A stretch of DNA of 64,000 nt from Mobula hypostoma (Eukaryota): NCBI RefSeq assembly GCF_963921235.1, contig NC_086129.1, positions 25,668,001 to 25,732,000 of the forward strand, given 5' to 3'. Of the stretch, positions 12,151 to 24,589 are shown piece by piece. The notes under the pieces were generated by a model that was not told the DNA's origin, made no database searches, and saw nothing but the letters and a program-made list of their open reading frames with translations. Numbering within the stretch: position 1 is the first letter of the stretch; the number at the start of each line of letters is the position of its first letter. Position numbers and translations under genes: made by a program.

Positions 12151-12689
12151 AGACAGAGTCTGGGAGTGTCACTGTGGGTGTGGGGCATCCCTCACCAAGA
12201 ATATTGAAAGCAAGATTGGAGTTATGACAGTTCAATTTAGAATCATACAGCAGAGAAGCAGGCCTATTGACCACTGTGTCCCCAGGCAGGCAGTCCCCAG
12301 GTTGTATGAGGGTTCCTGAGATTTGTCTGCAGCCGATTTCTCTGGAAGTAATGCCACTTCTACAGATACTCATTTTCTATTGCTCTGCATACACTTGCTA
12401 TAATTAATTTTTCATTTCATTGAATGAACTCATTATTAAATAAATGGAATAAATAATGCACCATTCACTAATTAATGTCATGAAACATTTTATTATTATT
12501 ATTATCTTAAAATCACTTTAAAAATGTATGGGAAAATTTGTGTAGTCAAATTTTTTATATTCAGGCCATCCGTATTGTGGAGAGCCCTTGTAATTGCCTG
12601 TATAATTTCATTTTCTAGCACTCAAGCCATAGTCTTTTATGCCATGGTGTTTCAAGTGTTCACATAAATAGTTCATACAGAGCACACCC

Positions 12690-13150
12690 GGCAGCATTAC
12701 CACACAGGCAATACAGTCCAGATTTTTAGGTGAAAAAAAATTCTTCCTCAGATCTCTCTAAGTCTCCAAGCCCTTCCCTTAAATCTATGCCCTATAATTA
12801 TAGACGCTTCTGCAAAGGGCGTTTTACATTCTCTGCCCTATCTGTACAACTCGTGATTATGTATAATTCAATCAGGCCTTTCCTCAGCCTTCTCTGCTCC
12901 TAAGAAAATAAGCACAACCTATCCAGTTTCCTATAACTGAAACTCCCCATTTCAGGCAGCAACCTGGTGAGTCTCTTCTGCACCCTTTCCAGTGCAGTCA
13001 CCTCCTTCCTATAGTCTGCTAACCAGAAATGCACACAATGCTCCAGCTGTTGCATAACCAATGCTTTGTCAAGTTGTACCATAGCCTGATATTCAACACC
13101 CCAGCAAAGGAAGGCTAATGTTCCATATGTCTCCTTAATCACCTAACCTG
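12690..13150 (-). mobile_element. CR1 LINE fragment
   Basis: LEHCVHFW...ALERVQKRLTRLLP motif. Confidence 0.85.
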
Positions 13151-13674
13151 TTGCCTCCAGGGATTGTTGGATATGTACAACAATCCTTCCCGAAAAATAA
13201 CTCAGGTCTTACCATTAATTTTGTACATCCTACACAAAAACTGAAAATGCTGGAAAGATTCAGGTCAGGCAAAATCCATGGAAAGCAAAACAGGGCTAAT
13301 CTTTCTGGTTGAAGATTTTCAGTTTTTACTTCAGATTTCCAGCATCTACAGATTTTGATTGTCACTTTACATATATAAAGCACAGAAAAGAGTACAGCAC
13401 AGGAAGAGGCTTCAGCCCATGATGTTGTGCCAAATTGATTGAACCCTACCGAATGTTGAAAAGAGTGGACATGGAGAAGATGTTTCCAATAGTGAGAGTG
13501 TTCAGGACCAAAGGGCACAGCCTCAGAATAGAGGAATGGCCATTTAGAACTGAGATGAGAAGGAATTTCTTTATCTCAGAGGGTGGTGAATCTGTGAAAC
13601 TTATTGTCTCAAATGGCTGTGGAGGCCGAGTCACTGGGTATATTTAAAGTGAAAGTTGATAGGCTCTTGACTAA

Positions 13675-13875
13675 CACACATCAAAGTTGCTGGTGAACGC
13701 AGCAAGCCAGGCAGCATCTCCAGGAAGAGGTACAGTCGACGTTTCGTGCCGAGACCCTTCGTCAGGACTAACTGAAAGAAGAGCTCTTCCTATAGATGCT
13801 GCCTGGCCTGCTGCGTTCACCAGCAACTTTTATGTGTGTTGCTTAAAATTCCAGCATCTGCAGATTTCCTCGTGT
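13675..13875 (-). mobile_element. Penelope-like fold-back element with 15-bp TSD
   Basis: Perfect TSD taggctcttgactaa (13660-13674 and 13876-13890). Inverted arms of about 45 bp (13675-13719 and 13794-13838). Confidence 0.8.
13734..13769 (-). ncRNA. Minimal type I hammerhead ribozyme motif
   Basis: Minus strand AGUC CUGACGA A GGGUCUCGGCAC GAAAC GUC GACU. Core intact, stem I AGUC/GACU, one mismatch in stem II. Confidence 0.65.
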
Positions 13876-14044
13876 TAGGCTCTTGACTAATAATAGTTTT
13901 GAAGGTTTCGAAGAGAAGGCAGGAGAATGGATTGAAAGGGAAAATAAATCAACTGTGATCAGGGCAGATTTGATGGGCTGCATGGCCTAATTCTGCTCCT
14001 ATATCTCATGGTCTTATGAACTAATTAAATTAGCAATTAAAAGC

Positions 14045-14860
14045 CGAACTAAACCTTCTGTCCAAACAATATCCAGTGCCCTGCATCCTCTGTATATTCC
14101 TGTGCCTATCAAAGGACTGCTTAAACATCTCCATTATACTTGCCTCCACTACTACCCCGGCATCTATATTCCAGGCACCCACCAGTCTCTTTGTAAAACA
14201 TTTGTCCTGCATATATCATTTGAACATAACCCTCTCACATTAAATGCATGGCCTCTGGTATGAAGCATTTCAACAGGAGGAGAAAAGACTGTCTGTCTAT
14301 GCCCCTCTTAATCTTATAAACTTCAATCTCTCTTTATATCCTCCCTTTATAGCACATGCCCTCTAATCTATGCAGTATCCTGGTAAATCTCTTATGCATC
14401 CTCTGAAAAGCCTTCACAGGGGGCAACCAGAACTGAGTGCAATACTCCAGATGTGGCCTAACCAGAATTTTATAAAGTTGCAAAACCTAAACTGTTTATA
14501 TCCTAGCCTTATCTGACACCCAGAATTCATCACCTCACATTCTTCAGGAATAAATTCCATATACCATTTCTCTGTACACCCTAGCAACTCATCAATATTC
14601 TCACTGTCAACAATCCCACCAATTTAGGTGACATTTGTGAACTTACCGATCATAGGATGTATATCTACATGTAGATCTCTCCTGTATATAGAATAAAAAG
14701 CAAGGGTCCTAGCACTAATCAGTTCACAGTTTATAGTTCACAGGCTTCTAATCTCAAAAGCAACCCTTGACCACTACGCTCTGCCTTCTATCATCAAGAC
14801 AGACTTGGAACCAAATTACCAATGGGCTCTTGGCATTTGGGACACCGTCAGACTTTTCTG
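14045..14860 (-). mobile_element. Degraded CR1 LINE fragments
   Basis: ccagaactgagtgcaatactccagatgtggcctaacc is the reverse of the RPHLEYCxQFW motif; also FTKRLVGAWN. Confidence 0.75.
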
Positions 14861-16399
14861 CAGTCTCTGTAGATTACATCAATTGCTTGATCCTCTTCCC
14901 CTCTATCTCGACATTTACAAATATCTTTTCAACTACATTTCAAGGATACTTAGAAGCTTGACAACCTTCATCCTCAGCATCCATGTCTCACAGCTATAAA
15001 TCACCACACTTCATACCAAACTCATCCCTAGTCAGTTATCCACTTATGCAGTCAATAACCTCTTCTGTCTATTAAATGCAACATTTCCCATTAGACAACA
15101 GTGCACTGTAGATTGTTTTACCGCAAGTTATTTCTTAATGAATATGTACTGCATAAATTCTATTGGAATTTTTGGTCTCTCAATGTGCCTGTATTGTAAG
15201 CTGCCAGCAAACTTTCATTGACATTTGAGAACTATTTAAGGAAGCTCTTATCAAACAGAGTACACAATATAATTATCAAATGGGAGTCAATGTCCTGAGT
15301 TAATTTCAGGTCTCTAATGTTGTTCTGGGGTTCTGATGACAGTAATAAATGACCACTGAACCCCTCAATTAGATTATTGATCTACAATCTCTCCCTTGAG
15401 TCTATTATTGTATCTGAATACACATTATAGTGGGTTATGTGTGAACAAGTGTGGCAGAGAAGAAAAAGGACAATAACTACAGTTGCTGGCGGTTAATTAA
15501 CACCAAAGAGGTCATAATTAGTAGGTGTTCAAGTCCCAGTGTTTTTAGATACTTCATTCATTCATTAAGTCCCTTGCATCATCAGGCCAGATGTGGGGGA
15601 TAATTATTTTTAATTATACAGAGGTTAATCTCTCGCAACCTCTGACTTAACATCTGCCACTACTTTGATTAAAATTGTATTATTATTGGTGACATTGTAC
15701 CAGTGATTACATAATAGACACAACCTTAGACCACCACTTTCTTATGGAAATCTTTTAGCCTAGTGCATTGACATGTTACCTGCATTCGGGTTAGGATTAG
15801 CATCATGTCAAGCCGCTCGATATTTACCTCCCAATTTCCTGATCATGGTATCTCATTTTGAAGTACATAGCCTCACTATCTACCCACCTGCTGGGCACTT
15901 ATCATGTGAGATGTACAATGTGCAAGCACAGAGCTATCACACTCAAGTTTAATTCTATCTCCACGCCTTGTCTGTATGTGGCTATTGACAGGAAAGTGTG
16001 TTCATCAATCAGATGGAAAAAATTTGGTCAAATTCTCTTTGCTCTGGAGGTAATGCCAACTATTCTGCCCTTTCTAGCAACACCTAAGGCAACCAGTCCG
16101 TTAATTTACCATGGATTTTGGATTAAAGTCTTAACTCTCCAGAACTGTGGAAACATGTAATTGGGTAACTGATTGATAGGGCTTGCGCTTGATGCTTGTA
16201 AGTCAGAGGCTGACCTGAAGTGAAACAATCAGCTTGAAAATTCTGAGGTTCATGCAAAATTAGAATACATAAACAGTATGAGTTACATATGCTCAGGATT
16301 AGCAAGAGGATGTTGAAAGGGATCTATGGAACTTAACTGGGTGGTTGTAGAAAGGCTAGTGATGTAACTGTTGTATCGTTTGGTAATTATAATAATATC

Positions 16400-16930
16400 A
16401 TCTCTCGTATCAACCCCAGCATCAGTCAGTTATTGACCCCAGCATCATTCTTCAGTTAACTTCTCAATCACTTATTACTTAATTCCAGCATCACTTGTTA
16501 CTGAACTGTAGCGTTATTTGCTAATTAACATTGATAATAATTCCATCGTATCTTGCTAATCATCATTCACTAATGATCCCTAGTTTCCCACTTTAGTGAA
16601 CATCACTTGTTAGTTAGCAGATAACTCTGTCTCACGCACTCCAGTGTCACACACTAACTATTCTTCAGCATTATTTGCTAATTAGCTCCACCTTCCCTTG
16701 CTCACTGATAACATCACTATCACTTGTTAAGTAATTCCAGCATCAATTCTAGCATCACTTGCTAATTAACACTAATATCAACTCCAGTATTAACCACTAA
16801 TTAACTCCATCATCACTCACTAATTAGCACCAGCATTACTCATTAACACCAATAATAACCCCATCATCACTCACTAATTAACACCAACCCCAACCTCACT
16901 AACTAGTTAACTATATCAGTTGCTAATTAA
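16400..16930. repeat. Degenerate minisatellite, unit about 22-24 bp (ttaactccagcatcactcacta-like)
   Basis: Many imperfect cagcatcact...taattaa units. The array continues at 17365-17570 after a LINE insertion. Confidence 0.75.
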
Positions 16931-16936
16931 CTTTGG

Positions 16937-17362
16937 AACATCCATGGGTAAAACCCTCCCAACCATTGAGCACACCTACATGAAATGTTGTCATAGAAAA
17001 GCTGCATCCATCATCAAAGATCCTCACCACTCAGGCCGTGCTCTTTTCTCGTTGCTGCCATCAGGTACAAGGTACAAGAGCCTCAGGACTCGCACCTCCA
17101 GATTCAAGAACAGTTACTACCCCTCAACCATCAGGGTCTTTAACAAAAGGGAATAACTAAACTCATTTAAGGACTCTTACCTTGTTATTTCTTGCTATTT
17201 ATTTATCTGCATTTGCATAGTTTGTTTACAGTTCCTGATGTTTACAGATCTGGTTTACATTAACTGTTCCATAGACTTGTTAAGTATATCCACAGAAAAA
17301 GAATCTCAGCATTGTATGTGGTGATATGTCTTTACTCCGATAATAAATTTTACTTTGAACTT
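16937..17362 (+). mobile_element. Rex1/Babar-type LINE 3' fragment
   Basis: KAASIIKDPHHSGRALFSLLPSGTRYKSLRTRTSRFKNSYYPSTIR, then aataaattttactttgaac tail. Confidence 0.88.
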
Positions 17363-17951
17363 TTAATTAATTCCATCTGACTCACTAAGTTTAACATTAA
17401 TTCCAGCTTCACTTTCACTTAAATATGGCATCACTCAGTAATTCACTCTAGTATCACCCCATCATCACTGAGTAATTAAGTTTCCCAATAACTTCAGCAT
17501 TACTTGTAAATTAATTTAGCATCTCTCACTAAAATCAACCAGAATCAACTCCTTTATCATTCACTAACTGGAACATTGGTACCATTCATGACTGATTGTT
17601 ACTCAAATTTGACCTGCTGTCAAATTCTGAGCTGCAGGCGAACAGATCCAGGTGAGTTATTGTACGTTAACATCAACAAACTCCTGCATTAAGGATGCAG
17701 CCAATTTTTAATAACCACAACACTTCCTTAAGCAGATTCTGCAGTTTAGAAGCTTGCATGGCAGATTAACAAGTGATTGTTTCATTTCAAAACTGGGTTT
17801 GAAGGGAACTGCTGATGGAATGAAATACTTTGCCATTTTCTTTGTGTCTGTGTGCAGATAACACTCAGTACAATTACATTTCAGCCTGGCTGAGAACAAA
17901 AAATGCCTTGGTTAAAACAACATGACTCAAAAATAGCTCTACGATTCTTTT

Positions 17952-18448
17952 AGACCGTAAGACACGGAAGCAGAATTAGGCCATTGAGTCTACTCTGCCA
18001 TTCCATCAGGGCTGATTTATTTTCCCCCTCAACCCCATTCTTGTGCTTCTCCTTGCTTACTAATCAACAACCTATCAACCTTCACTTTGAATACACCCAA
18101 TGACTTGGCCTCCACAGCCATATGTGGCAATGAACGCTGCAGATTCACCACCCTCTGGCTAAAAGAAGTTTCTTCACGTCTCTGCTCCAAAGGGACACCC
18201 TTTTGTTCTGAAGCTCTGTCCTCTGGTCACAGACTCTCACTATTGGAAATGTACTCTCCATGGCCACTCTATCTAGGCCTTTCAGTTCTTGGTGTTTCAT
18301 TGAGGTCCCCCCCACGCACACCCCCACACTCTTCTAAACTTCAATCTAAACCTTGTTATGCACTAACCCTTTTGTATCTGGGTTCATTCTTATAAACTTC
18401 TCTGGACCCTTTCCAATGCCAGCACATCCTTTCCTAGATATGGGGCCC
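17952..18448 (-). mobile_element. CR1 LINE 3' fragment
   Basis: Reverse-complement match to the CR1 3' end at 30850-31355. Confidence 0.8.
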
Positions 18449-18450
18449 AT

Positions 18451-18642
18451 ATCAGGGTCAGACACCCTGAGCCAATAGACTGGTCCTGGACTTATTTTCC
18501 ATCTGACATAGTTTACATTTTGTTGTTTGATTGTTGGGGGGTTTTGTATTGCTATATTTACGCTCTATTCTCGGTTGGTGCGGCTGTAACGAAACCAAAT
18601 TTCCCTCGGGATTAATAAAGTATATCTATCTATCTATCTATG
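18451..18642 (+). mobile_element. Rex-type LINE extreme 3' end with (ctat)n tail
   Basis: gggtcagacaccctgagccaatag...attaataaagtatatctatctatcta; same family as 31393-31838. Confidence 0.8.
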
Positions 18643-18664
18643 TTAGTGTAGTTTATCATATAAC

Positions 18665-18875
18665 ACAATAACAGCGCCAGTGACCTGAGCTTAATTCTGC
18701 CACTGTCTTTAGGAATTTTGTACATGCTCTCTGAAACCACATGGGTTTTCTTTGGGTCCTCCAATTTCGTCAAACATTCCAAAGGCATACAAGTTAGTAG
18801 GGTAATTAGACACATGGGCAGTGCTAGCGCATTGCTCCAGAAGGTCCTTTTACCCAGTTGTTGTTCTAAATAAAT
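18665..18875 (+). mobile_element. V-SINE-like element
   Basis: Degenerate V-domain catgggttttctttgggtcctccaatttcgtc. Confidence 0.55.
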
Positions 18876-20507
18876 AAAACTGCTCATAATATTCTGAATA
18901 TGCCTTAAGCATAAAGAAAATTTAGCCAATTATCTTATTTGTAGAAGATGCCTACAGTTGCAAGGTTGGAGAATGGATTCTGCTGCATATTGCCACACTG
19001 ACACTAACATGGCCAATTTCTACACTGTTTTCAACTGATGTGTTCTTGAATGAAGCCCCACAGGTGCAATCTTTGCAGCCAGTTCTTCAAAGCCACCTGT
19101 CTATTTGACAGCCTTCTGTCCCAGGGGTCAAGTCCAATTGAAATATTCTGTATGCAAGAATATTCTACAAACCAACGCCTGGTAAATAGGATTGGTATAG
19201 AAGACACTTGATGGTTGGCATGGAGCAGATTGGCTGAAGAGCTTGTTTCTGTGTTGTGTGACTGAGTATATACAGCTACTGCACAGCATAGTTTGCTTAG
19301 GAGTCCTACCCTGGCTGAGCAGTGTCTAGCACACTGAAAAGGCAGTTTCCAGCGGTCACACCTTAAAAGCATCCACCACATGCAAGCAGCACATTTTCTG
19401 CCAGAGAGGAGTACTGCTACTCAAAAGATATCTGCTGTCGTAATGTGAAGGTTATGAGGGAATACTCCCAATCATTCAGTGCTACCCAGACAGGCTGGGA
19501 ACTGTATTCAGAAGGGTGTTCTGTCTGTTCAAGGGAATCATGGAAACGTTCCAGAGCCTCAGACAGGTGCTGCTGGGAAGAGGTTCCAGGGAGGCCTCAG
19601 TAGGACATGAATCAATCTGTGACTACCTACACTTTGGGGAAGCCTTGTGATGGATATTCACCTGTAGGGCTCACACAGCAGCTGACTCTTCCAAGGGTCA
19701 ACGAGTTGTTTTCTGAGTAAGTTAAACTTCCAGGTTATATTCCTTGTTCAGCCTCTTCTCGTAAACAATAGGGTCCTTGTTGGTCCAAAGAGAAAACCAT
19801 GTGGTCTGCTTCAGCTTAATTAAGCAATGCATTCACATGGACTGAATGTAAATGAAAAATATCACATGTGTGAAGCCACCAAGTAGCGTAACACAGTATA
19901 ACTATTAGAGAATAGTCAGGCTTGTTAGGAACGGTCAAAAACAAAAAGAAGAATGACACAAAGGTGGGGTTTAACTGAATCCATTCCTCTGCCTTTGATT
20001 TCCACAGTGGACAACTTGTTTGTCTGCAACTCGTTGGTATGTCTTTTTAGCTTGTAGGAATTGTGCCTGTGCTTTGGAAATCATTCGTGTTTTAAAAATC
20101 ATTTAATTTGGAAATATTTTGTAAGATAAAAATCCTGAGCTTTAAATGTGTTAATAATGTATTCTAAATTTAAATGTGTATCACTAAAAACAAATGAACT
20201 GTGTTTGAAACTATCTTCCTCCTGTAAATATCTTGTGTTTCTGATTTTTAAAATGCAGAACCATAATAAAGATGACACCATTATTAGGTCCTGGGGAGAT
20301 TCTTATTATTATGGGGAACTTCCCCAAGAGAAATCTTGCATTCAGCCATATAAGGAATATTAAAAGACAAAAGTAGATTTTAAGTGACTTGAGGGAAACA
20401 GACATATAGAGACAGAGGAGTTTAGAGAGGAAGTTCTTCTTAACTGAGGATTAAAAAGGGATACTTAAAAAGAATAGTATAATTGCAGAGCTACATATGA
20501 GATATGT

Positions 20508-20635
20508 AGGAAATCTGCAGATGCTGGAAATCCAAGCCACATGCACAAAATGCTGGAACAACGCAGCAGGCCAGGCAGCATCTATGGAAAAGAGTACAGT
20601 CGATGTTTTGGGCCGAGGCCCTTCAGCAGGGCTGC
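20508..20635 (-). mobile_element. Penelope-like fragment with a decayed hammerhead motif
   Basis: Same unit as 13675-13875. Minus strand CUGCUGA A GGGCCUCGGCCC AAAAC AUC. Confidence 0.7.
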
Positions 20636-21601
20636 TGAATTAATACTTAAACACGGTCACCAGATGATTTATATACACGGATCCAAAAAAAATCTTTCTA
20701 GCAAGATCATAATATATTCATGCATGAGAGAGACTATTCAGTACCACTAAACCCACTTATCTGCTGGGATCTTTAGTTTCTTCACATAGCAGCACCCTAC
20801 TACTTTTAATTCTTTATCCTTTCACCTGAAAACGCTCTTCCATTTGCTGATCGTGCTCTAGGTGAGAACATCTTGCCATCATTCTGGTTTTGCACTTCCT
20901 TGGTGTGAAACCAATTTGCAATTTCATCACGTCTCAACTTTTCAATTCTATACTCCCCTACACTTCTGTAATGGTACATCTCAGACATCTAAAAGTTCTT
21001 GTCAAACGACTGAATGTTGAGTGCAAATCACTTCAGTAAACTACAGAACAGGGTCACAGAAATCATCTTAAAGGGAAAAGAAATGCATGTTTTCTTGATT
21101 ACCACATGCTATTTGAAGGGGATGTGAAAGACAATTACATCACCTTTCTTTCTTCAAGGGAAATTACTCCAAAGGAATGGATCCTCTGAGATGTTGGTTA
21201 GGGAGTGCACACACTCTCTAACTCCCCCAGTGATGCCTATTTGTGCACCCAGTCGAACTGAATGAAACTAGGTGCTGTTAGGTGGAAGCAAAGCACAATT
21301 CACTTGGGCCATGTTGTTTGTGAACCTATTAACCCCTTTTACAGAGAGGAGGCAGCCAATTAAAAACAATGGCATATAAATCAACAGTGCTATATAGTGC
21401 CCAGCTGCACCATGTGGGGGAAGGGAGCCTTTTACTTCCTTCAATAGCAGATTTGTTCTTTTATCAATTTGTTTGACATTTATGGAGTTACTGAAGGATT
21501 GACATAAATGAGCTTTTCAGTCCACAGTGACTAACCTCCCTATTTGACAGAGATAACCAACTATGCCTAGAATCCAGTTCTTTCTCCATAGCAGGATATT
21601 A

Positions 21602-22885
21602 AACATTGAACCAGTGCAGCCCTTCAGCCCACGACGTTGTGCCGTCCTTTTAACCTACTCTAAGATCAACCTAACCCTTCCCTCCCACGTAGCACTCCAT
21701 TTTTCTATCATCCATGTGCCAATCTAAGAGTTTCTTAAATGTCCCTAATATCCTACCATCACTGGCAGCACATTTCATGAACCCACTGCTCTCTGTTTAA
21801 AAAAAAAACTTGCCTCTGGCACCCCCTTATACATTTCTCGAATCACCTTAAAATTATGCTGCCTTGTATTAACCATTTCTGCCCTGTGAAAAAGTCCTTG
21901 GCTGTACAGATGATCTATGCCTCTTATTACCTTGTATACCTCTAACAAGTCACCGCTCATCCTCTTTCACTCCAAAGACAAAGGCCCCAGCTTGCTCAAT
22001 CTATCCACGTTAGACATGTTCTCTAATTCAGGAAGCATCTTGGTAAATCTCCTCTGCACCCTCTCTGAAGATTCCACATCCACATATCCCACGTGTAATG
22101 AGGTGCCAGAACTGAACTCAATACTCCGATTATGGACTGACCAGAGTTTTATACAGCTGCAACATTACCCTGTAGCTCTTGAACACAATCCACCAACTAT
22201 TGAAGGTTTACACATTATAAGCCTTCTTAACCTCCCTATCAAACTGTGTGGGAACATTGAAGCCCAAATGGACATGGAGCCCAAAATACCTCTGTTCCTC
22301 TAGACTACTAAGAATCCTGCCATTAGCCCTGTATTCAGCCTTCAAATTTGACTTCCATGTGTATCACTTCACACTCTTCTGGGTTGAACTCCATCTGCCA
22401 CTTCCCAGCCCACCTCTGCATCCTATCAATGTCCCTTTATAATCTATGACAAACTTCTACACCATCCACTTCATCAACTTTCATGTCATTTGCAAACTTG
22501 TTAATCCATCCTTCCACTTCCTCATCCAAATCATTTATAAAATTCACAAAGAGAAGGGGTCCCAGAACAGATCGCTGTGGAAGAACAATGGTCTACATAT
22601 TCCAGACAGAATATGCTCCATCTACTGCCTTCTGTTGGCAAGTCAATTCTGAATCCACACAGACAACAGAATTCCATGCCTCCTGACTTTCTGAATGAGC
22701 CTACCAGGGGTAACCTTGACAAAAGCCTTTCTAAAATCTATATACACCACATCCACCACTATATCCTCATTAACGTGTTTTTCACTTCCTCAAAGGATTC
22801 AATCAGGCTTGTGAGGCACGACATGCGCCTCATAAAGCCATGCTGACTATCACTAAGCAGACCATGCTTCTCCAAATGCTTGTAA
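21602..22885 (-). mobile_element. CR1 LINE, RT region to 3' end, degraded
   Basis: Reverse tcagcatggctttatgagg (QHGFM), tttgcaaatgac (decayed FADD) and GDLLEVYKVIRGID. Confidence 0.85.
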
Positions 22886-22889
22886 ATCA

Positions 22890-23345
22890 CTGGGAGATTT
22901 ACCAGACTGGGATGAGTGAGTTGTCCTACCAAGGGAGGCTAGATATTTTGGATCTGTATCCTTTGACGCTTAAAAGATTGCAAGGTAACCTATTTCAAAC
23001 ACATGCAGTAAGATCCTGAGGGGTTTTGATAGGGTAGATGTTGAGAAGATTTCACTGGTGAAAGGGCTGTGAAGAAGACGATGCAACAAAGTATGCAGCT
23101 GGTCATTTAAAACCGAGGTGTGGAGAAGCGTCTTCTCTTGGACTCTCTGAATTTCTTTGCCCTTGAGGGCAGTGGAGACCAGAATGTTAGATAAATTAAA
23201 GTTGGAGATTGAGAAATATTTGGAAGATTGTGGAATTGAAGGACATTAGGTAATGGCATTGAAGAGGAATCAAATGTAATGGTGGGGCAGGCTTGAGGAG
23301 CCTGGTCCTACGCCTGGCCCCCTTTTTTTTGTGTCCTTGTGTAAC
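22890..23345 (+). mobile_element. Old CR1 LINE 3' fragment
   Basis: gagatttaccagactg...aagatcctgaggggttttgatagggtagatg; homologous to 42765-43245. Confidence 0.7.
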
Positions 23346-23489
23346 TATACTTGAACAGGTTAGCTTAAGGCACAAATAGTTCTAGAGTGCAAGTCTTCAG
23401 TACTATACCTGAGATGTTGTCTGGTCTAATAGACTTTTTGATATCTAGTGTTCTCAGCCATTTCTTGACATTGTGCACGTTGTAGCGTC

Positions 23490-24190
23490 GATGAAATCAT
23501 CGGAGAGACAGAGTAGTTGGTCCCCACCATTATACCCAAATCTAAAACTTCCTGGAGGGCTGAGCTCAGGCCTTCCTTCAGCATTTTTCGGAAGACTGGG
23601 TCATCCCTCCCTGGATTATCCAACCTGGAATACTCCTTGTACACTCGGTATCTACATTCTGCATAATCCATGGCTGTCTCGTCAGCCCTCTAGGTCACTG
23701 CCATTATCGTTCCCCAGCTACTCTCCCTTCCCCCCAGCCGCTGCCTCACTTCTCCTTTAAAACAGCGATATCTTTCTTCATTACTGGCACTCTCGGTAGT
23801 TGCCCATGTACCATCCTGCACCCTCTGGGCCATACTGCCCCAGATATTCCTTGGGCACTTCGCTTTCACCAACACGTGTATATCTTTAGGGTGCATCTGG
23901 TGAATTTCAACTATTTCCTTGAGCTTATGCCAGAATTATGAATTCCCACAGGCAACTTTAAGTGAGGGCAACTCAGACAAGATGCTCTGTTTCTCCCTGG
24001 GGCTGAAGGGCTTATGAATAGTCGTAATCAAGGTCAAGGGTTGGCTCGGATCATCAGGGTTCTCAACCTGACGTTGCCTGACCTCAATAGATGCCATTCT
24101 GGTAGATCTATCTGGGTAAACCTCTCCGAGATATCTCCATACTAATTCCCACACTACGCAAAATATAAAACCGCAGAGTATGTATTCCAT
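23490..24190 (-). pseudogene. gag/capsid-like pseudogene
   Basis: ORFs 23936-24190, 23690-23896 and 23426-23671 share one frame, separated by single stops. Contains HKPFSPREKQSILSELP and an MHR-like T*RADETAMDYAEC (QxxxExxxDYxxR after two C>T changes). Lies just downstream of the LTR and PBS. Confidence 0.75.
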
Positions 24191-24569
24191 GATCTGCCAC
24201 TTTTAGGTACCTGAACTCATGATGTCTGCTGTATTCCTTTGCATCACACTTGCAAACGCATACACTAAAATGCAGCTCCCCGAACGAGTATACACTCCCC
24301 TACTCTGGCATCTCGAACCGTACCGTTGGTTACCACCTTTCGCAACTGGTGGTCCAAGTTAACCAAGTTAACATATAAAGATTCCTCACTTACATAAACA
24401 CACACGCACACACTACGCTTATATCTACCAGTTCAGCTCTCCACGTTCGTGATACCTCGCGTTCCTGTGTACCAGCGACCGAACAGATCCAAGTGTGAGC
24501 ATTATTTTAGAAAAATACTCACCAACTTAGACTGCTAGGAACGCTGGCCACATGACGGGTCACGAAGGT

Positions 24570-24587
24570 ATCCCACTCCTGACAGCA
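24570..24587 (-). promoter_or_regulatory. Primer-binding site, tRNA-Leu
   Basis: TGCTGTCAGGAGTGGGAT matches 17/18 to TGGTGTCAGGAGTGGGAT, the complement of the tRNA-Leu(CAG) 3' end. Confidence 0.85.
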
Positions 24588-24589
24588 GA

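Larger units (their letters stand above)
13450..14018 (+). mobile_element. CR1 LINE 3' fragment, interrupted by a Penelope-like insertion
   Basis: MFPIVRVFRTKGHSLRIEEWPFRTEMRRNFF, then 3' UTR ending ctcctatatctcatggtcttatg. Confidence 0.85.

Noticed and set aside
11717-12373. 218-aa hydrophobic ORF
   Set aside because: Produced by a degenerate TG-rich tract; no domain or splice support.
16400-17570. CRISPR-like array
   Set aside because: Eukaryotic context, degenerate units, no unique spacers and no cas genes.
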